Positions 1-13,188 of a stretch of DNA of 63,020 nucleotides are shown here, piece by piece. The DNA is taken from contig JABVCE010000023.1 of the NCBI GenBank assembly GCA_014905635.1, positions 496,001 to 559,020 on the forward strand, read 5' to 3'. How positions within the stretch are numbered: position 1 is the stretch's first letter; each line of letters starts with the position of its first letter. The translations under genes and the position numbers were made by a program. The notes below the pieces were generated by a model, which saw nothing but the letters and a program-made list of their open reading frames with translations, was not told the origin of the DNA and did no database searches. Source of the stretch: Scenedesmus sp. PABB004 (Eukaryota).

Positions 1-595
1 GCAGCACGCTCACGTCGAGCAGCCAGGCGATCGCCGCGGTGGTCGCGTCCGACGGCGTGGGGGGGCTGTGGAAGGGGGGCACGCCGGGCGTGGTGCGCGC
101 GGCGGTGCTGACCGCGGCGCAGTGCGTGACGTACGACGAGGCGAAGCGCCGCGTGCTGGCGGCCACGGGCTGGGCCGACGGCGCCGCGGCGCACCTCGCG
201 ACCGCGCTCATCACGGGCCTCGTCTCCACGACCGCGACAAACCCCGTGGACGTCATCAAGACGCACATGTTTGTCGGTGCGCACCCACGGCGCCGCAGCG
301 CCGCGCCACGCCCTGCGCACCCCCCCCCCCCGCGCGCGCGCGCGCGCGCGCTGCCGGCAGCCCGTTGCCCACCCCCGCCGCCGCCCCGCCGCCCCGTCGC
401 CGCCCCGCCGCCGCAGGCGGGCGCGCTCACAGCGGGCCGCTCGCGTGCGCGGCGTCGCTGTACGCCGCGCAGGGCGGCGCCGCGTTCTGGCGCGGCTGGT
501 CGGCCAACTACGCGCGCCTGGGGCCGCAGACGGTGGTGACGTTCCTGGTCGTGGAGCAGCTGCGCGCGGTGATGGGCTGGCCGCCGCTGGGCTGA
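1..595 (+). CDS. Mitochondrial carrier (SLC25, uncoupling protein/oxoglutarate carrier-like), 3' part; intron 277-416
   Basis: Carrier motifs GLWKGGTPGVVRAA, TNPVDVIKT (PxDxxK) and FWRGWSANYARLGP are joined in frame by a GT..CAG intron; stop TGA at 593-595. Confidence 0.88.
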   Translation, partial: QHAHVEQPGDRRGGRVRRRGGAVEGGHAGRGARGGADRGAVRDVRRGEAPRAGGHGLGRRRRGAPRDRAHHGPRLHDRDKPRGRHQDAHVCRCAPTAPQRRATPCAPPPPARARARAAGSPLPTPAAAPPPRRRPAAAGGRAHSGPLACAASLYAAQGGAAFWRGWSANYARLGPQTVVTFLVVEQLRAVMGWPPLG

Positions 596-1766
596 GGGGG
601 AGAGCGCTGCCACTGTTACTCGACATTCCCTTTCCACCCGCCGCCGCACCGCGGGGCCATGTGTTCGTGACCGCCGAGGAGCACCGCGCGTACGTACGAG
701 AAGAAGAACAAGCTCACGGACACACACACACACACACACCGCCCCCGCCCCCCCCAGCCAGGCAAGCCAGGCAAGTGCTCGTGCGGCAGGCAGGCAGTGC
801 TCATGCTCATGCGGCAGGCAGTGCTCGTGCGCAGGCAAACAGGGCGCGCCGCCGTCGGAGCGTGCAGCAGCGCACCGCTGGCGCCCGACCGCGCGCCAGC
901 GCAATTGTGAGGCGTGTGCGGGAGCCGCCAAGGGTGATGTGAGGCCGGGGACGCAGGGGCCGCCGGGGCGCGGCGCGAGCAGAGGCACGAGCAGAGGCAC
1001 GAGCAGCACGCCGAGCGCGGCTGCAACACACAGTTTGATTTTCGACGACGACGGGTGCTGCACGAGGAGAGGCAGACGACAAAAGCAATGTGCTTTGGCG
1101 CGCGCCCGCGCGCGGGGGCGGCGCGCGCGCGGGCGCACGGCGTGCCGCCGCCGCTGCGGCGCCCGCCCACGCGCACGCGCGCTGCGTGCGAAGGGTTGGT
1201 TGAAGCCCAGCTGATGCACACCAGGAGACCAGGGGCGCGGCGCGCCCCACCGAAGCTGTGCAAGAGAGCCCGGGGCGGCACGGCGCGGTGCGCCGCTGCC
1301 CCCGTTGTCTGCCCGACCCGACCCAAACCCCCACCACCCCGGCGGCGACGGGCAGACGTCGTCGGCGACGCCCGCCGCCGGCGCGGCGCGCGGGCGCAAC
1401 CGCGCGCGCCGCAGCGGCCGACGGCCGCCGCCGCGCGCGCCCCGCCCGGCGCCGCGCGCGCACACACAGGGGACGACAGACGCCGGAGCCAAAGCTGTGT
1501 GCTTGATTCTGGATGCTGCTGCGACGCGGCGGACGCGCCGGCGCCGGCGCGGCAAGCCCGGGGGTGCACATGCGTAGAGGCTTGCCGCCCGGCGACCGGC
1601 GTGCCGGGGCTTTCATTGGCGCGGCCACATGCGCGGGCCGGCGCCAGCCTAGTAGCGTGGCGCGGTGGGCAGGGCGCGGGCGTGGCGGGCTGCCGCCGCG
1701 CGGCCGGCGCCCTCGCCACGCCCCGCCCCCCAGCCCCAGCCCCCCGGCCCCGCGCCCCCGCCGTGC

Positions 1767-2774
1767 TCAGCACACGGGCATGACGCCGCCGTGCGGGGCG
1801 CCGCCGGCGGCGATGTAGGTCTGCAGGCTGCCCACGAGCGCGCGCAGCTCCGCCACCTGCGCCTTCAGGCCCTCGTTCTCCGCCTCCAGCGCACCCATGT
1901 ACGCGTTGCGCCGCGCGCGGCTGCGCTGCGCGCTCTCGCGGCGCTTCTGCTTCACGCGCTCCACCTTGTCGTCGGCGGGCTCAAAGTAGGTCACCTGCGC
2001 ACGCGCGCGGCGCGAGGATTCGGCGGCGGCGAAACTATCTCGGCGGGGCCGGCGCCGGCGCGCCGCCGGCGCGCCGCGGCCGCCGCCCGCAGCTCAGCGG
2101 CCGCCGCCCGCAGCTCAGCGGCCGCCGCCCGCAGCTCAGCGCCCCGGGAGCTGTGCGGCCCGCCTCGCCATCCGCGCCAGCCCCCGGCGCGCCTCGCCAT
2201 CCGCGCCAGCTGCCTCACCCGCTGCGCGCGGCGCGTGGCCGGCGGCTCGCGCCGGGTCGACTGGCTGCCTCCAGCAGCGCCAGCGGCGTTGTTGGAGGCG
2301 CCCCCGGGCGCGCTGGCGGCGGGCGAGGCCGCGGGCGCCGCGGGCGAAGCGGCCTCCCAGGCGCCCGCCGGCGCCGCAAAGGCCCACAGCGGCGCGCCCA
2401 GGATGTCGGGCGCGCCAGGGCCGCCACCAAGGGCCATCGGGCAGGCCGCGGCGGGCTGCTGGGCGCCCGCGCCGGCGCCCGGCAGCTGCTGGTGCCCCAG
2501 CTCCCAGCCCAGCAGCTCGCCGCCTGCGGGCGCGCGCGCCGGCGTCGGATCGCGCGCCGGCCGGGCCGGGGCCGCGCGCAGGGGCCGCCCGGACGCGCTC
2601 ACCGCCCGGCGCCAGCATCGCCTCGCTGCCGGAGCTGCTCCCGGGCTCCAGCTCGCCGCCGTCCTCCTCGCACTTCACGTACTCGATGGCATCAAACCAG
2701 TCAAAGTCGTCCGGCAGCGCCACCTCCGCCTCGCCCGCCCCCGGCACGTTTCGTTGCAGGCTGAAGCGGCACAT
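1767..2774 (-). CDS. bZIP transcription factor, 3 exons (2774-2603, 2523-2219, 1994-1767)
   Basis: Last exon has basic region KQKRRESAQRSRARR followed by leucine heptads (MGALEAENEGLKAQVAELRAL); acidic N-terminus; GTGAG..CAG introns keep the frame. Confidence 0.88.
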
Positions 2775-5700
2775 CTCGAGCGCTCTGTGTGGGGGGTCGC
2801 GGTGTCGTTGCTGCTGGCGCGGGTGCGCCGCCGCGTTGTGGGGAGCGCCGCACGCGGCGCACGGGGTCGGCGTCGGCGGCGCAGGCAAAGCCCAAACCCC
2901 GCACCGCCGGAGCTCGGGGCGGTCACCAGACCCGTGCGACGCGCCGGCCGCCACGCACGATCTGCGCGCTGCGCCGCGCCGGCGGTGCCGCGCCGGCCAG
3001 CGCGCGCGCTGGCCGCGTGCTCTGCGCTCGTCAACCAGCCTCTCACAGTCGCCGCAGCTGCTCTGCGCCCGGGCGGCTGCGCCGGCGCGGCGCCCGGCCG
3101 GCGGGCGGCCTGAGCGCCTGGGGTCAGCCGTGCCACCCGCCGTAGCGCCGCCGCACCGCCGAGCGCAGCCTGCACGGCCCCGCCGTGCGCCGCCCGCTGC
3201 GCAGCGACGCGTCGCGCCTGGCCAGGGGCACCGCGCGGCAGCAGGCGGCGCTGGGCGGCGGCGGCGGCGTGGGAGTTGCGGCGCAGCTGCTGCGCTGCCG
3301 GGCGACGGCAGGCGCCGGCACTTGTGCTTGCGTGCGGCACGGGAGCTGGGCGGCGGCTGCGGGCAAGGGCGGCGCGCACGGCGCCCTCCTCGGTTCGGTG
3401 AGCGGGGGCTCACCGGGCTCTGCCTGATGGCAGCACGTCGCCACGCCCCGCACCGCCAGCGCGTGCAGCCCGGCGCCGGCGTCGTCAGGCCTCGCTGCAA
3501 CCAACCATCGAGAGCCCCCCGACTCTCCCCACGACCCCGCCGCGTGGCCCAGCCGCTCAGCACCTGCTCTGAGGCAGGGCCCCGGTGCGGCCCGGCGGCC
3601 GCGCACCGCGCCGCGCCGGCCTCGTGGGCGACGGCTCGCGCCGGGTCGACTGGCTGCCTCCAGCAGCGCCAGCGGCGTTGTTGGAGGCGCCCCCGGGCGC
3701 GCTGGCGGCGGGCGAGGCCGCGGGCGCCGCGGGCGAAGCGGCCTCCCAGGCGCCCGCCGGCGCCGCAAAGGCCCACAGCGGCGCGCCCAGGATGTCGGGC
3801 GCGCCAGGGCCGCCACCAAGGGCCATCGGGCAGGCCGCGGCGGGCTGCTGGGCGCCCGCGCCGGCGCCCGGCAGCTGCTGGTGCCCCAGCTCCCAGCCCA
3901 GCAGCTCGCCGCCTGCGGGCGCGCGCGCCGGCGTCGGATCGCGCGCCGGCCGGGCCGGGGCCGCGCGCAGGGGCCGCCCGGACGCGCTCACCGCCCGGCG
4001 CCAGCATCGCCTCGCTGCCGGAGCTGCTCCCGGGCTCCAGCTCGCCGCCGTCCTCCTCGCACTTCACGTACTCGATGGCATCAAACCAGTCAAAGTCGTC
4101 CGGCAGCGCCACCTCCGCCTCGCCCGCCCTCGGCACGTTTCGTTGCAGGCTGAAGCGGCACATCTCGAGCGCTCTGTGTGGGGGGTCGCGGTGTCGTTGC
4201 TGCTGGCGCGGGTGCGCCGCCGCGTTGTGGGGAGCGCCGCACGCGGCGCACGGGGTCGGCGTCGGCGGCGCAGGCAAAGCCCAAACCCCGCACCGCCGGA
4301 GCTCGGGGCGGTCACCAGACCCGTGCGACGCGCCGGCCGCCACGCACGATCTGCGCGCTGCGCCGCGCCGGCGGTGCCGCGCCGGCCAGCGCGCGCGCTG
4401 GCCGCGTGCTCTGCGCTCGTCAACCAGCCTCTCACAGCCGCCGCAGCTGCTCTGCGCCCGGGCGGCTGCGCCGGCGCGGCGCCCGGCCGGCGGGCGGCCT
4501 GAGCGCCTGGGGTCAGCCGTGCCACCCGCCGTAGCGCCGCCGCACCGCCGAGCGCAGCCTGCACGGCCCCGCCGTGCGCCGCCCGCTGCGCAGCGACGCG
4601 TCGCGCCTGGCCAGGGGCACCGCGCGGCAGCAGGCGGCGCTGGGCGGCGGCGGCGGCGTGGGAGTTGCGGCGCAGCTGCTGCGCTGCCGGGCGACGGCAG
4701 GCGCCGGCACTTGTGCTTGCGTGCGGCACGGGAGCTGGGCGGCGGCTGCGGGCAAGGGCGGCGCGCACGGCGCCCTCCTCGGTTCGGTGAGCGGGGGCTC
4801 ACCGGGCTCTGCCTGATGGCAGCACGTCGCCACGCCCCGCACCGCCAGCGCGTGCAGCCCGGCGCCGGCGTCGTCAGGCCTCGCTGCAACCAACCATCGA
4901 GAGCCCCCCGACTCTCCCCCACGACCCCGCCGCGTGGCCCAGCCGCTCAGCACCTGCTCTGAGGCAGGGCCCCGGTGCGGCCCGGCGGCCGCGCACCGCG
5001 CCGCGCCGGCCTCGTGGGCGACGGCTCGCGCCGGGTCGACTGGCTGCCTCCAGCAGCGCCAGCGGCGTTGTTGGAGGCGCCCCCGGGCGCGCTGGCGGCG
5101 GGCGAGGCCGCGGGCGCCGCGGGCGAAGCGGCCTCCCAGGCGCCCGCCGGCGCCGCAAAGGCCCACAGCGGCGCGCCCAGGATGTCGGGCGCGCCAGGGC
5201 CGCCACCAAGGGCCATCGGGCAGGCCGCGGCGGGCTGCTGGGCGCCCGCGCCGGCGCCCGGCAGCTGCTGGTGCCCCAGCTCCCAGCCCAGCAGCTCGCC
5301 GCCTGCGGGCGCGCGCGCCGGCGTCGGATCGCGCGCCGGCCGGGCCGGGGCCGCGCGCAGGGGCCGCCCGGACGCGCTCACCGCCCGGCGCCAGCATCGC
5401 CTCGCTGCCGGAGCTGCTCCCGGGCTCCAGCTCGCCGCCGTCCTCCTCGCACTTCACGTACTCGATGGCATCAAACCAGTCAAAGTCGTCCGGCAGCGCC
5501 ACCTCCGCCTCGCCCGCCCCCGGCACGTTTCGTTGCAGGCTGAAGCGGCACATCTCGAGCGCTCTGTGTGGGGGGTCGCGGTGTCGTTGCTGCTGGCGCG
5601 GGTGCGCCGCCGCGTTGTGGGGAGCGCCGCACGCGGCGCACGGGGTCGGCGTCGGCGGCGCAGGCAAAGCCCAAACCCCGCACCGCCGGAGCTCGGGGCG

Positions 5701-8640
5701 GTCACCAGACCCGTGCGACGCGCCGGCCGCCACGCACGATCTGCGCGCTGCGCCGCGCCGGCGGTGCCGCGCCGGCCAGCGCGCGCGCTGGCCGCGTGCT
5801 CTGCGCTCGTCAACCAGCCTCTCACAGCCGCCGCAGCTGCTCTGCGCCCGGGCGGCTGCGCCGGCGCGGCGCCCGGCCGGCGGGCGGCCTGAGCGCCTGG
5901 GGTCAGCCGTGCCACCCGCCGTAGCGCCGCCGCACCGCCGAGCGCAGCCTGCACGGCCCCGCCGTGCGCCGCCCGCTGCGCAGCGACGCGTCGCGCCTGG
6001 CCAGGGGCACCGCGCGGCAGCAGGCGGCGCTGGGCGGCGGCGGCGGCGTGGGAGTTGCGGCGCAGCTGCTGCGCTGCCGGGCGACGGCAGGCGCCGGCAC
6101 TTGTGCTTGCGTGCGGCACGGGAGCTGGGCGGCGGCTGCGGGCAAGGGCGGCGCGCACGGCGCCCTCCTCGGTTCGGTGAGCGGGGGCTCACCGGGCTCT
6201 GCCTGATGGCAGCACGTCGCCACGCCCCGCACCGCCAGCGCGTGCAGCCCGGCGCCGGCGTCGTCAGGCCTCGCTGCAACCAACCATCGAGAGCCCCCCG
6301 ACTCTCCCCCACGACCCCGCCGCGTGGCCCAGCCGCTCAGCACCTGCTCTGAGGCAGGGCCCCGGTGCGGCCCGGCGGCCGCGCACCGCGCCGCGCCGGC
6401 CTCGTGGGCGACGGCTCGCGCCGGGTCGACTGGCTGCCTCCAGCAGCGCCAGCGGCGTTGTTGGAGGCGCCCCCGGGCGCGCTGGCGGCGGGCGAGGCCG
6501 CGGGCGCCGCGGGCGAAGCGGCCTCCCAGGCGCCCGCCGGCGCCGCAAAGGCCCACAGCGGCGCGCCCAGGATGTCGGGCGCGCCAGGGCCGCCACCAAG
6601 GGCCATCGGGCAGGCCGCGGCGGGCTGCTGGGCGCCCGCGCCGGCGCCCGGCAGCTGCTGGTGCCCCAGCTCCCAGCCCAGCAGCTCGCCGCCTGCGGGC
6701 GCGCGCGCCGGCGTCGGATCGCGCGCCGGCCGGGCCGGGGCCGCGCGCAGGGGCCGCCCGGACGCGCTCACCGCCCGGCGCCAGCATCGCCTCGCTGCCG
6801 GAGCTGCTCCCGGGCTCCAGCTCGCCGCCGTCCTCCTCGCACTTCACGTACTCGATGGCATCAAACCAGTCAAAGTCGTCCGGCAGCGCCACCTCCGCCT
6901 CGCCCGCCCCCGGCACGTTTCGTTGCAGGCTGAAGCGGCACATCTCGAGCGCTCTGTGTGGGGGGTCGCGGTGTCGTTGCTGCTGGCGCGGGTGCGCCGC
7001 CGCGTTGTGGGGAGCGCCGCACGCGGCGCACGGGGTCGGCGTCGGCGGCGCAGGCAAAGCCCAAACCCCGCACCGCCGGAGCTCGGGGCGGTCACCAGAC
7101 CCGTGCGACGCGCCGGCCGCCACGCACGATCTGCGCGCTGCGCCGCGCCGGCGGTGCCGCGCCGGCCAGCGCGCGCGCTGGCCGCGTGCTCTGCGCTCGT
7201 CAACCAGCCTCTCACAGCCGCCGCAGCTGCTCTGCGCCCGGGCGGCTGCGCCGGCGCGGCGCCCGGCCGGCGGGCGGCCTGAGCGCCTGGGGTCAGCCGT
7301 GCCACCCGCCGTAGCGCCGCCGCACCGCCGAGCGCAGCCTGCACGGCCCCGCCGTGCGCCGCCCGCTGCGCAGCGACGCGTCGCGCCTGGCCAGGGGCAC
7401 CGCGCGGCAGCAGGCGGCGCTGGGCGGCGGCGGCGGCGTGGGAGTTGCGGCGCAGCTGCTGCGCTGCCGGGCGACGGCAGGCGCCGGCACTTGTGCTTGC
7501 GTGCGGCACGGGAGCTGGGCGGCGGCTGCGGGCAAGGGCGGCGCGCACGGCGCCCTCCTCGGTTCGGTGAGCGGGGGCTCACCGGGCTCTGCCTGATGGC
7601 AGCACGTCGCCACGCCCCGCACCGCCAGCGCGTGCAGCCCGGCGCCGGCGTCGTCAGGCCTCGCTGCAACCAACCATCGAGAGCCCCCCGACTCTCCCCC
7701 ACGACCCCGCCGCGTGGCCCAGCCGCTCAGCACCTGCTCTGAGGCAGGGCCCCGGTGCGGCCCGGCGGCCGCGCACCGCGCCGCGCCGGCCTCGTGGGCG
7801 ACGGCTCGCGCCGGGTCGACTGGCTGCCTCCAGCAGCGCCAGCGGCGTTGTTGGAGGCGCCCCCGGGCGCGCTGGCGGCGGGCGAGGCCGCGGGCGCCGC
7901 GGGCGAAGCGGCCTCCCAGGCGCCCGCCGGCGCCGCAAAGGCCCACAGCGGCGCGCCCAGGATGTCGGGCGCGCCAGGGCCGCCACCAAGGGCCATCGGG
8001 CAGGCCGCGGCGGGCTGCTGGGCGCCCGCGCCGGCGCCCGGCAGCTGCTGGTGCCCCAGCTCCCAGCCCAGCAGCTCGCCGCCTGCGGGCGCGCGCGCCG
8101 GCGTCGGATCGCGCGCCGGCCGGGCCGGGGCCGCGCGCAGGGGCCGCCCGGACGCGCTCACCGCCCGGCGCCAGCATCGCCTCGCTGCCGGAGCTGCTCC
8201 CGGGCTCCAGCTCGCCGCCGTCCTCCTCGCACTTCACGTACTCGATGGCATCAAACCAGTCAAAGTCGTCCGGCAGCGCCACCTCCGCCTCGCCCGCCCC
8301 CGGCACGTTTCGTTGCAGGCTGAAGCGGCACATCTCGAGCGCTCTGTGTGGGGGTCGCGGTGTCGTTGCTGCTGGCGCGGGTGCGCCGCCGCGTTGTGGG
8401 GAGCGCCGCACGCGGCGCGCGGGGTCGGCGTCGGCGGCGCAGGCAAAGCCCAAACCCCGCACCGCCGGAGCTCGGGGCGGTCACCAGACCCGTGCGACGC
8501 GCCGGCCGCCACGCACGATCTGCGCGCTGCGCCGCGCCGGCGGCGCCGCGCCGGCCAGCGCGCGCGCTGGCCGCGTGCTCTGCGCTCGTCAACCAGCCTC
8601 TCACAGCCGCCGCAGCTGCTCTGCGCCCGGGCGGCTGCGT
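2243..8640. repeat. ~1390-bp tandem array (about 4.6 units) containing the bZIP upstream region, exon 1, intron 1 and most of exon 2, plus a ~550-bp spacer
   Basis: Near-identical sequence with the bZIP ATG recurring at 2774, 4163, 5553, 6943 and 8333. Confidence 0.97.
3557..8333 (-). pseudogene. Four 3'-truncated bZIP copies lacking the DNA-binding exon (4163-3557, 5553-4947, 6943-6337, 8333-7727)
   Basis: Exon 1 and intron 1 are intact; exon 2 switches after TRREP into spacer sequence and stops at ...PQSRC*. Confidence 0.7.
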
Positions 8641-8785
8641 CGGCGCGGGCAGCCGCCGGGCGGCTTGGAGCGCGTGAAGCGCCAGCGCGGTGCTGTGACG
8701 TGCCGGCCGCGCCGCCGCCGCCGCGCCCGCACAGCCTGTGCGCGCGCCCATGCCCGTGCACGCGCGCTGAGGCGGCCACGGCACG

Positions 8786-11700
8786 ATGGGGGACTGGGAG
8801 GCGAGCTCGAGCTTCCAGGGCGTGATAGAGCTGCTCAAGGAGCGCCACGATCGCCCGGGCGCCATCAAACGGGCGTGCGGCGTGATCGAGGAGTGTCTGC
8901 TCACCAACAAGTGCGCCGCCGACCCAGGCGGGGCGCGCCTGAGAGCGGCGGCGGGGGCAGCAGCAGCAGCAACCAACGGCCTCGCCGCGCGTGCGCCGCA
9001 GGGACAACCTGCGCGGCTTCTTCGAGCTCGTGTTCCCGCTCCTCCTCAAGCGAGTGTTTGGCTATGATGAGAAGGAGGGCAGCTGGCTCGACCTGGTGGC
9101 CGGGGTGCGCGGCGCCGCCGCCGCTGCTGCCGGCAACGGCACGGCCGGCCCGCGCGCGCGCCGCGCCCCGGCCTGCCCGCCTGGCGGCTCACGAACGGCG
9201 CGGCGCGCTGCCCGCCGCGGCAGGACGCGCGGGACGAGGACGCCGTGGCGCTCATCACGCTGCTGGCCCCCACGGGTGCGGCGCGGCGCGGCGCGGGGTC
9301 GCCGTGCGGCGGCGCCGCGCGGCGCGGCCGACGCGGCGCCCGGCGCGCGCGCCGCCGCCGCCGCGCGCCGCAGGGACTCTGTTTGGCGCGCTGCACGCGG
9401 CCGACGGCGACCAGCTCATCCAGTTCCTCTTCCCGCCGGAGCGCCTGCCGGCGCACACGCAGGCGCGCGCGCGCGCGCGGCGGCGGCGCGCGCGTGCGGC
9501 CCCCGCGCACGCGTGCACGCGCGCGCGCCGCCCGGCGGCCGCGCACGCGCCCCGCCTGCCGCGCAGGAGCTGCTGCGCCTGCCCGCGGGCCGCCTGGAGC
9601 TCGACAGCTGGCCGCAGTACCACGGCCGCCTGCGGCTGGACGGCGCGGGGCGCTGCCAGGTGCGGCGCCCCCCGCCGCCGGCCCGCCCGCGCGCGCACGC
9701 CGCGCCGCGCCGCCCTGCCCACTCTGCGCGGACGCCGCCGCCCCTGTGTGTCGCCCCTGTGTGCCGCCCCCCCCCCCCCCCACCCCACCCACCCACCCAC
9801 CCACCCACCCACCCACACAGGTGCACCTCAACATGCTGCAGTACTTTACCTTCTGGGCGGCCTTCTACGTGCTGCGCAACCGCACCGCAAAGGGGTGCGC
9901 GCGCGCCGCCGCGCGCCGCCGCGCCGCGCCGCGCCCACGCCCACGCCGCGCCGCGCCCACGCCCCGGCCGCCGCCGCCGCGGCCGCCGCCGGCGCGCAGG
10001 CCGGGCGGCATGCGCGGGCGCGGGCGGGCGCTGATCGCGTCGGGGCGCAAGCTCTGGGGCGGCGGCGGCGGCGGCGAGGCGGGGGCGGGGTGGTGGTGCG
10101 GGCGTCACCCGTACACGCTGCTGCTGCGCACCTACCTGGAGACCTACCTCCCCCGCCCGCCAGGCGTCACGCCGCGCACCCGCGCGCGGCCGCCGCGCCG
10201 CGCCGGCCTCGGCGGCCGCGGCGGCGAGGGCGGCGCGTTTGGGGGTGAGGCCGCGCGCGGCGCGCGGGCGCGCCCCGGGCGCGGCGCGCGCGCGGCCGCG
10301 CTGGCGCCCCGCGACCGCCGCCCCGCCCCGCGACCGCCGCGCCAGGCGCGTCGCTGGGCAGCTCGCCCGGCGAGGTGCTGCTGTCGGTGCTGCTCGAGTT
10401 TTGGCTCACCGACGCCGGCGAGCCGCTGCCGACAGAGGCGGCCGCGCCGCAGGCCAGCAGGGCGGGCAGCCCCACCGGCGTCGCGGGCGGCGCCAGCCTG
10501 GCGGGCCTGGGCGGCGCGGCCGGCGCGGGCGGCCTGGGCGGCGCGGCCGGCGCCGGCTGGGGCGGCGCGGGGCTCGCGCCCGGGGCCGGCGGCTTTGGCG
10601 GCGCCGCGGTGGGCCTGGGCGGCGCGCTCGCGGCGCCGGGGCTGGCCGACGCGCGCGGCGCGCCGGGCGCGCTGGGCGGCGGCGTGCTGCCGAGCAGCAC
10701 AGGCCCCCTGCACACCTACAGCTACCAGCCGCCGGGCGAGGACCTGCTGCAGGCGCGGACCGCGGCGCCGACCCTGCTGCGGCGCGGACCGCTGACCGCG
10801 CCGGCGCGACTCCCGCCACCCGCCTCGCTCCCCCTCGGGACCCCCCATCCCCCCCTCATCACAGCACACCCCACCCACACTCACCCCCCCCCCCCAGGCG
10901 CTGGGCCTGGTGCTCAAGTACGCCTACGTCGGCGAGCCGCCCGCGCCCGACGCGAGCCCCACCCCCGCGCAGGCGGGCGCCAAGTGGCTGCCGCTGTCGC
11001 CCGTCGCGACGCTGCCGCTGCCGTCGGGGCGGCTCGCGCTCGCGCACCAGGCGTCGCCGCTGCTGGGCGCGCCCGTGTTCAGCCCCGGGGTGCAGGGCCT
11101 GTCGCGCAAGCTCTACCGCCTCCTGCGCCGCACCTTTGCGGCGTGGCAGCCCAGCAGCGCCGCGAGCCTCGGCGCGCTCGTCAAGCTCTGGCTCGTCGTG
11201 CTCACGCCCTGGAAGGCGGTCAGCTACGCCGACACGCTCGCCCTGCCCCACGACGCAGCGCACGACGCGCCGGCGCGCGCGCGCGCGCGCCGGCGCCGCG
11301 CCCGGCGCCGCGCCCGGCGCCGCGCCCGGCGGCCTCCTGGGCGCCGGCGGCGGCGCGGGCGGCCCCGGCGGCGGCGCCGGTGGCGGCGGCGGCGGCGGCG
11401 CGGGCCTGGGCGGCGTCGCGGGCATCGCGTCGGCCACGATGCACCGCTGGGGCAGCGAGGTCGCGCACCACCTGGCCGGCGGCGGCGCGCTGGCGGGCGG
11501 GCTGGACCAGAGCGGCGAGACCCGCAGCGCCTACGACACCCGCGTGCGGCCGCCGCGCCGCGCCGCCGCCGCGCCGCCGCCGCCACGCCGCCGCCGCGCC
11601 GCGCCGCCGCCGCTCGCGGCCGCCGCGGCCCGCGGCCCACGCGCGCCGCGCCGCGCCGCGCCGCGCCGGTGCCAGTGCGCGGTGTACAGCCCCGCGTGGC

Positions 11701-13188
11701 GGGGCACGTGCTGGCGCACCTGCCCTTCTACACCCTGCTGCTGCCCGCCTTCCTGGAGCTGTGCTACAGCCAGATGGCCTACAACGGCAGGGCCGCGCTG
11801 CGCGAGGCCTACCGGGTGCGGCGGCCCGCAGCGAGGCGGCGGGGAGCTGGACGCGCGGGAGGGGGGGGGGGCAAACGGCAGGGGGCGCGCCCCCGCGGCG
11901 CGCGGCGCGCGCCAACAGGCTGTGGCCGCGCCGCCGCCGCCGCCGGCGCGGCCAGGTCGTGCGCGCGCTGGCCGAGTCGGGGCCGGAGCTGCTGGCGGAG
12001 CTGCGTGGCGCTGAGCTGGCGTACAACCGCTACGTCGCCAGCACGATGCGCCGCCCCGAGGGCGAGCTCGCGGAGCTGCTGCCCTGGCTCGCGGACCAGG
12101 CCGCCGACTGGGAGGCCGCCGCGGCCGCGGGCGCGCCCACGACGCCGCCGCTCACGCCGGACCCGCGGTGAGGGCGCGCGCGGGCAGCGGCGCCGCGCCA
12201 GCCCCCCTTGCACTCACGCGCGCGCGCCCACGACGCCGCCGCTCACGCCGGACCCGCCTCCTCCTTCCCTTCTCGCCCCCCCCCCCCCCAGGTACCGGCT
12301 GTTCACGCTGGAGCAGGACGGCGCCGCGAGCGCCATGCGCGCGCTGCTGGCGGCCGCGGAGCGCCAAAACCTCAGCGGGCGGTGAGGCGCGGCGCGCGGC
12401 GCGGCGGCCGCGCCCCGCCCGCCTCTCGCCCGGCCAGCCGCCCGGCCGCCCTCACCCCGGCCGCCACCGCCGCCGCCGCCGCCAGCGAGCGCGTGCGCGG
12501 CCCCGCGGAGGCGGTGCTGCCGCTGTCGCAGCTGCCGAGCGAGGAGGCGGCCGTCGCCACCGCACAGGTGGCGGGCCGCGACCTGCCGAAAGCGGGTGAG
12601 AGGCCGCCGCGGCGGCGGCCACGTGTGGTGCAGCGGCGGCGCCGCGCGCGGAGCAGCGATCGGCGGCGCCGCGCGCGCAGGCGCGCGCCCCGCCCGTCAC
12701 GCGCGCCCCGCCTGCCCCCGGCCCCGCCCAGGCTGCTGGCGGGCGCTGCGCTACCACGGCGACTGGATGCTGCGGCCCATCGCCAGCAACGAGCTCGCGC
12801 CGCTCGTGCGCCTCCTGGTGTGGCTCAGCGCGCGCGTCAACGCCGCGCTCGGGCTGACCGGCGTGCCCGCGCCACCGGGCGAGGAGCCGCCAGAGACGGT
12901 CATGCAGGTGGGCGCGCGCGCGCGACTGCGGGGCAGCCGCCGCGGCGCGGCGCGCGCACGCGGCGCGGCGCGCTCACGCGGCGCCTGGCCTGGCCGCAGG
13001 AGATCCTGAGCGTCGCGCGGCGCCGCGGCTGGCGGCTCAACCTGCGCCCGCTGGCCGAGGTGCAGACGCTGGCCTGGCTGGTCGGGCTGTGCCTGCTCGG
13101 GCGCTGGGTCGCCGCGGTGCTCGCCACCGCGGGCGCAGACGACCACCTCTTCGAGCCGCCGCTGCCCGAGGAGGGCCTCGGCGCGTGA
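8786..13188 (+). CDS. Sphingomyelin phosphodiesterase 4 (SMPD4)/plant PNET1-like membrane protein, multi-exon
   Basis: Exon peptides FFELVFPLLLKRVFGY, IQFLFPPERLP, HLNMLQYFTFWAAFY, LYRLLRRTFAAW, LVKLWLVVLTPW, YHGDWMLRPIASNELAPLVRLL and RLNLRPLAE, plus a C-terminal TM helix, match the SMPD4 family pattern. Confidence 0.78.

Noticed and set aside
720..738. (CA)n tract, and the short 21-bp repeats in the bZIP intron (2076-2140)
   Set aside because: Ordinary micro- and minisatellites
2136..10248. Very long Arg/Ala/Pro-rich ORFs (600-900 aa)
   Set aside because: Products of extreme GC content and tandem repetition; spliced models explain the region
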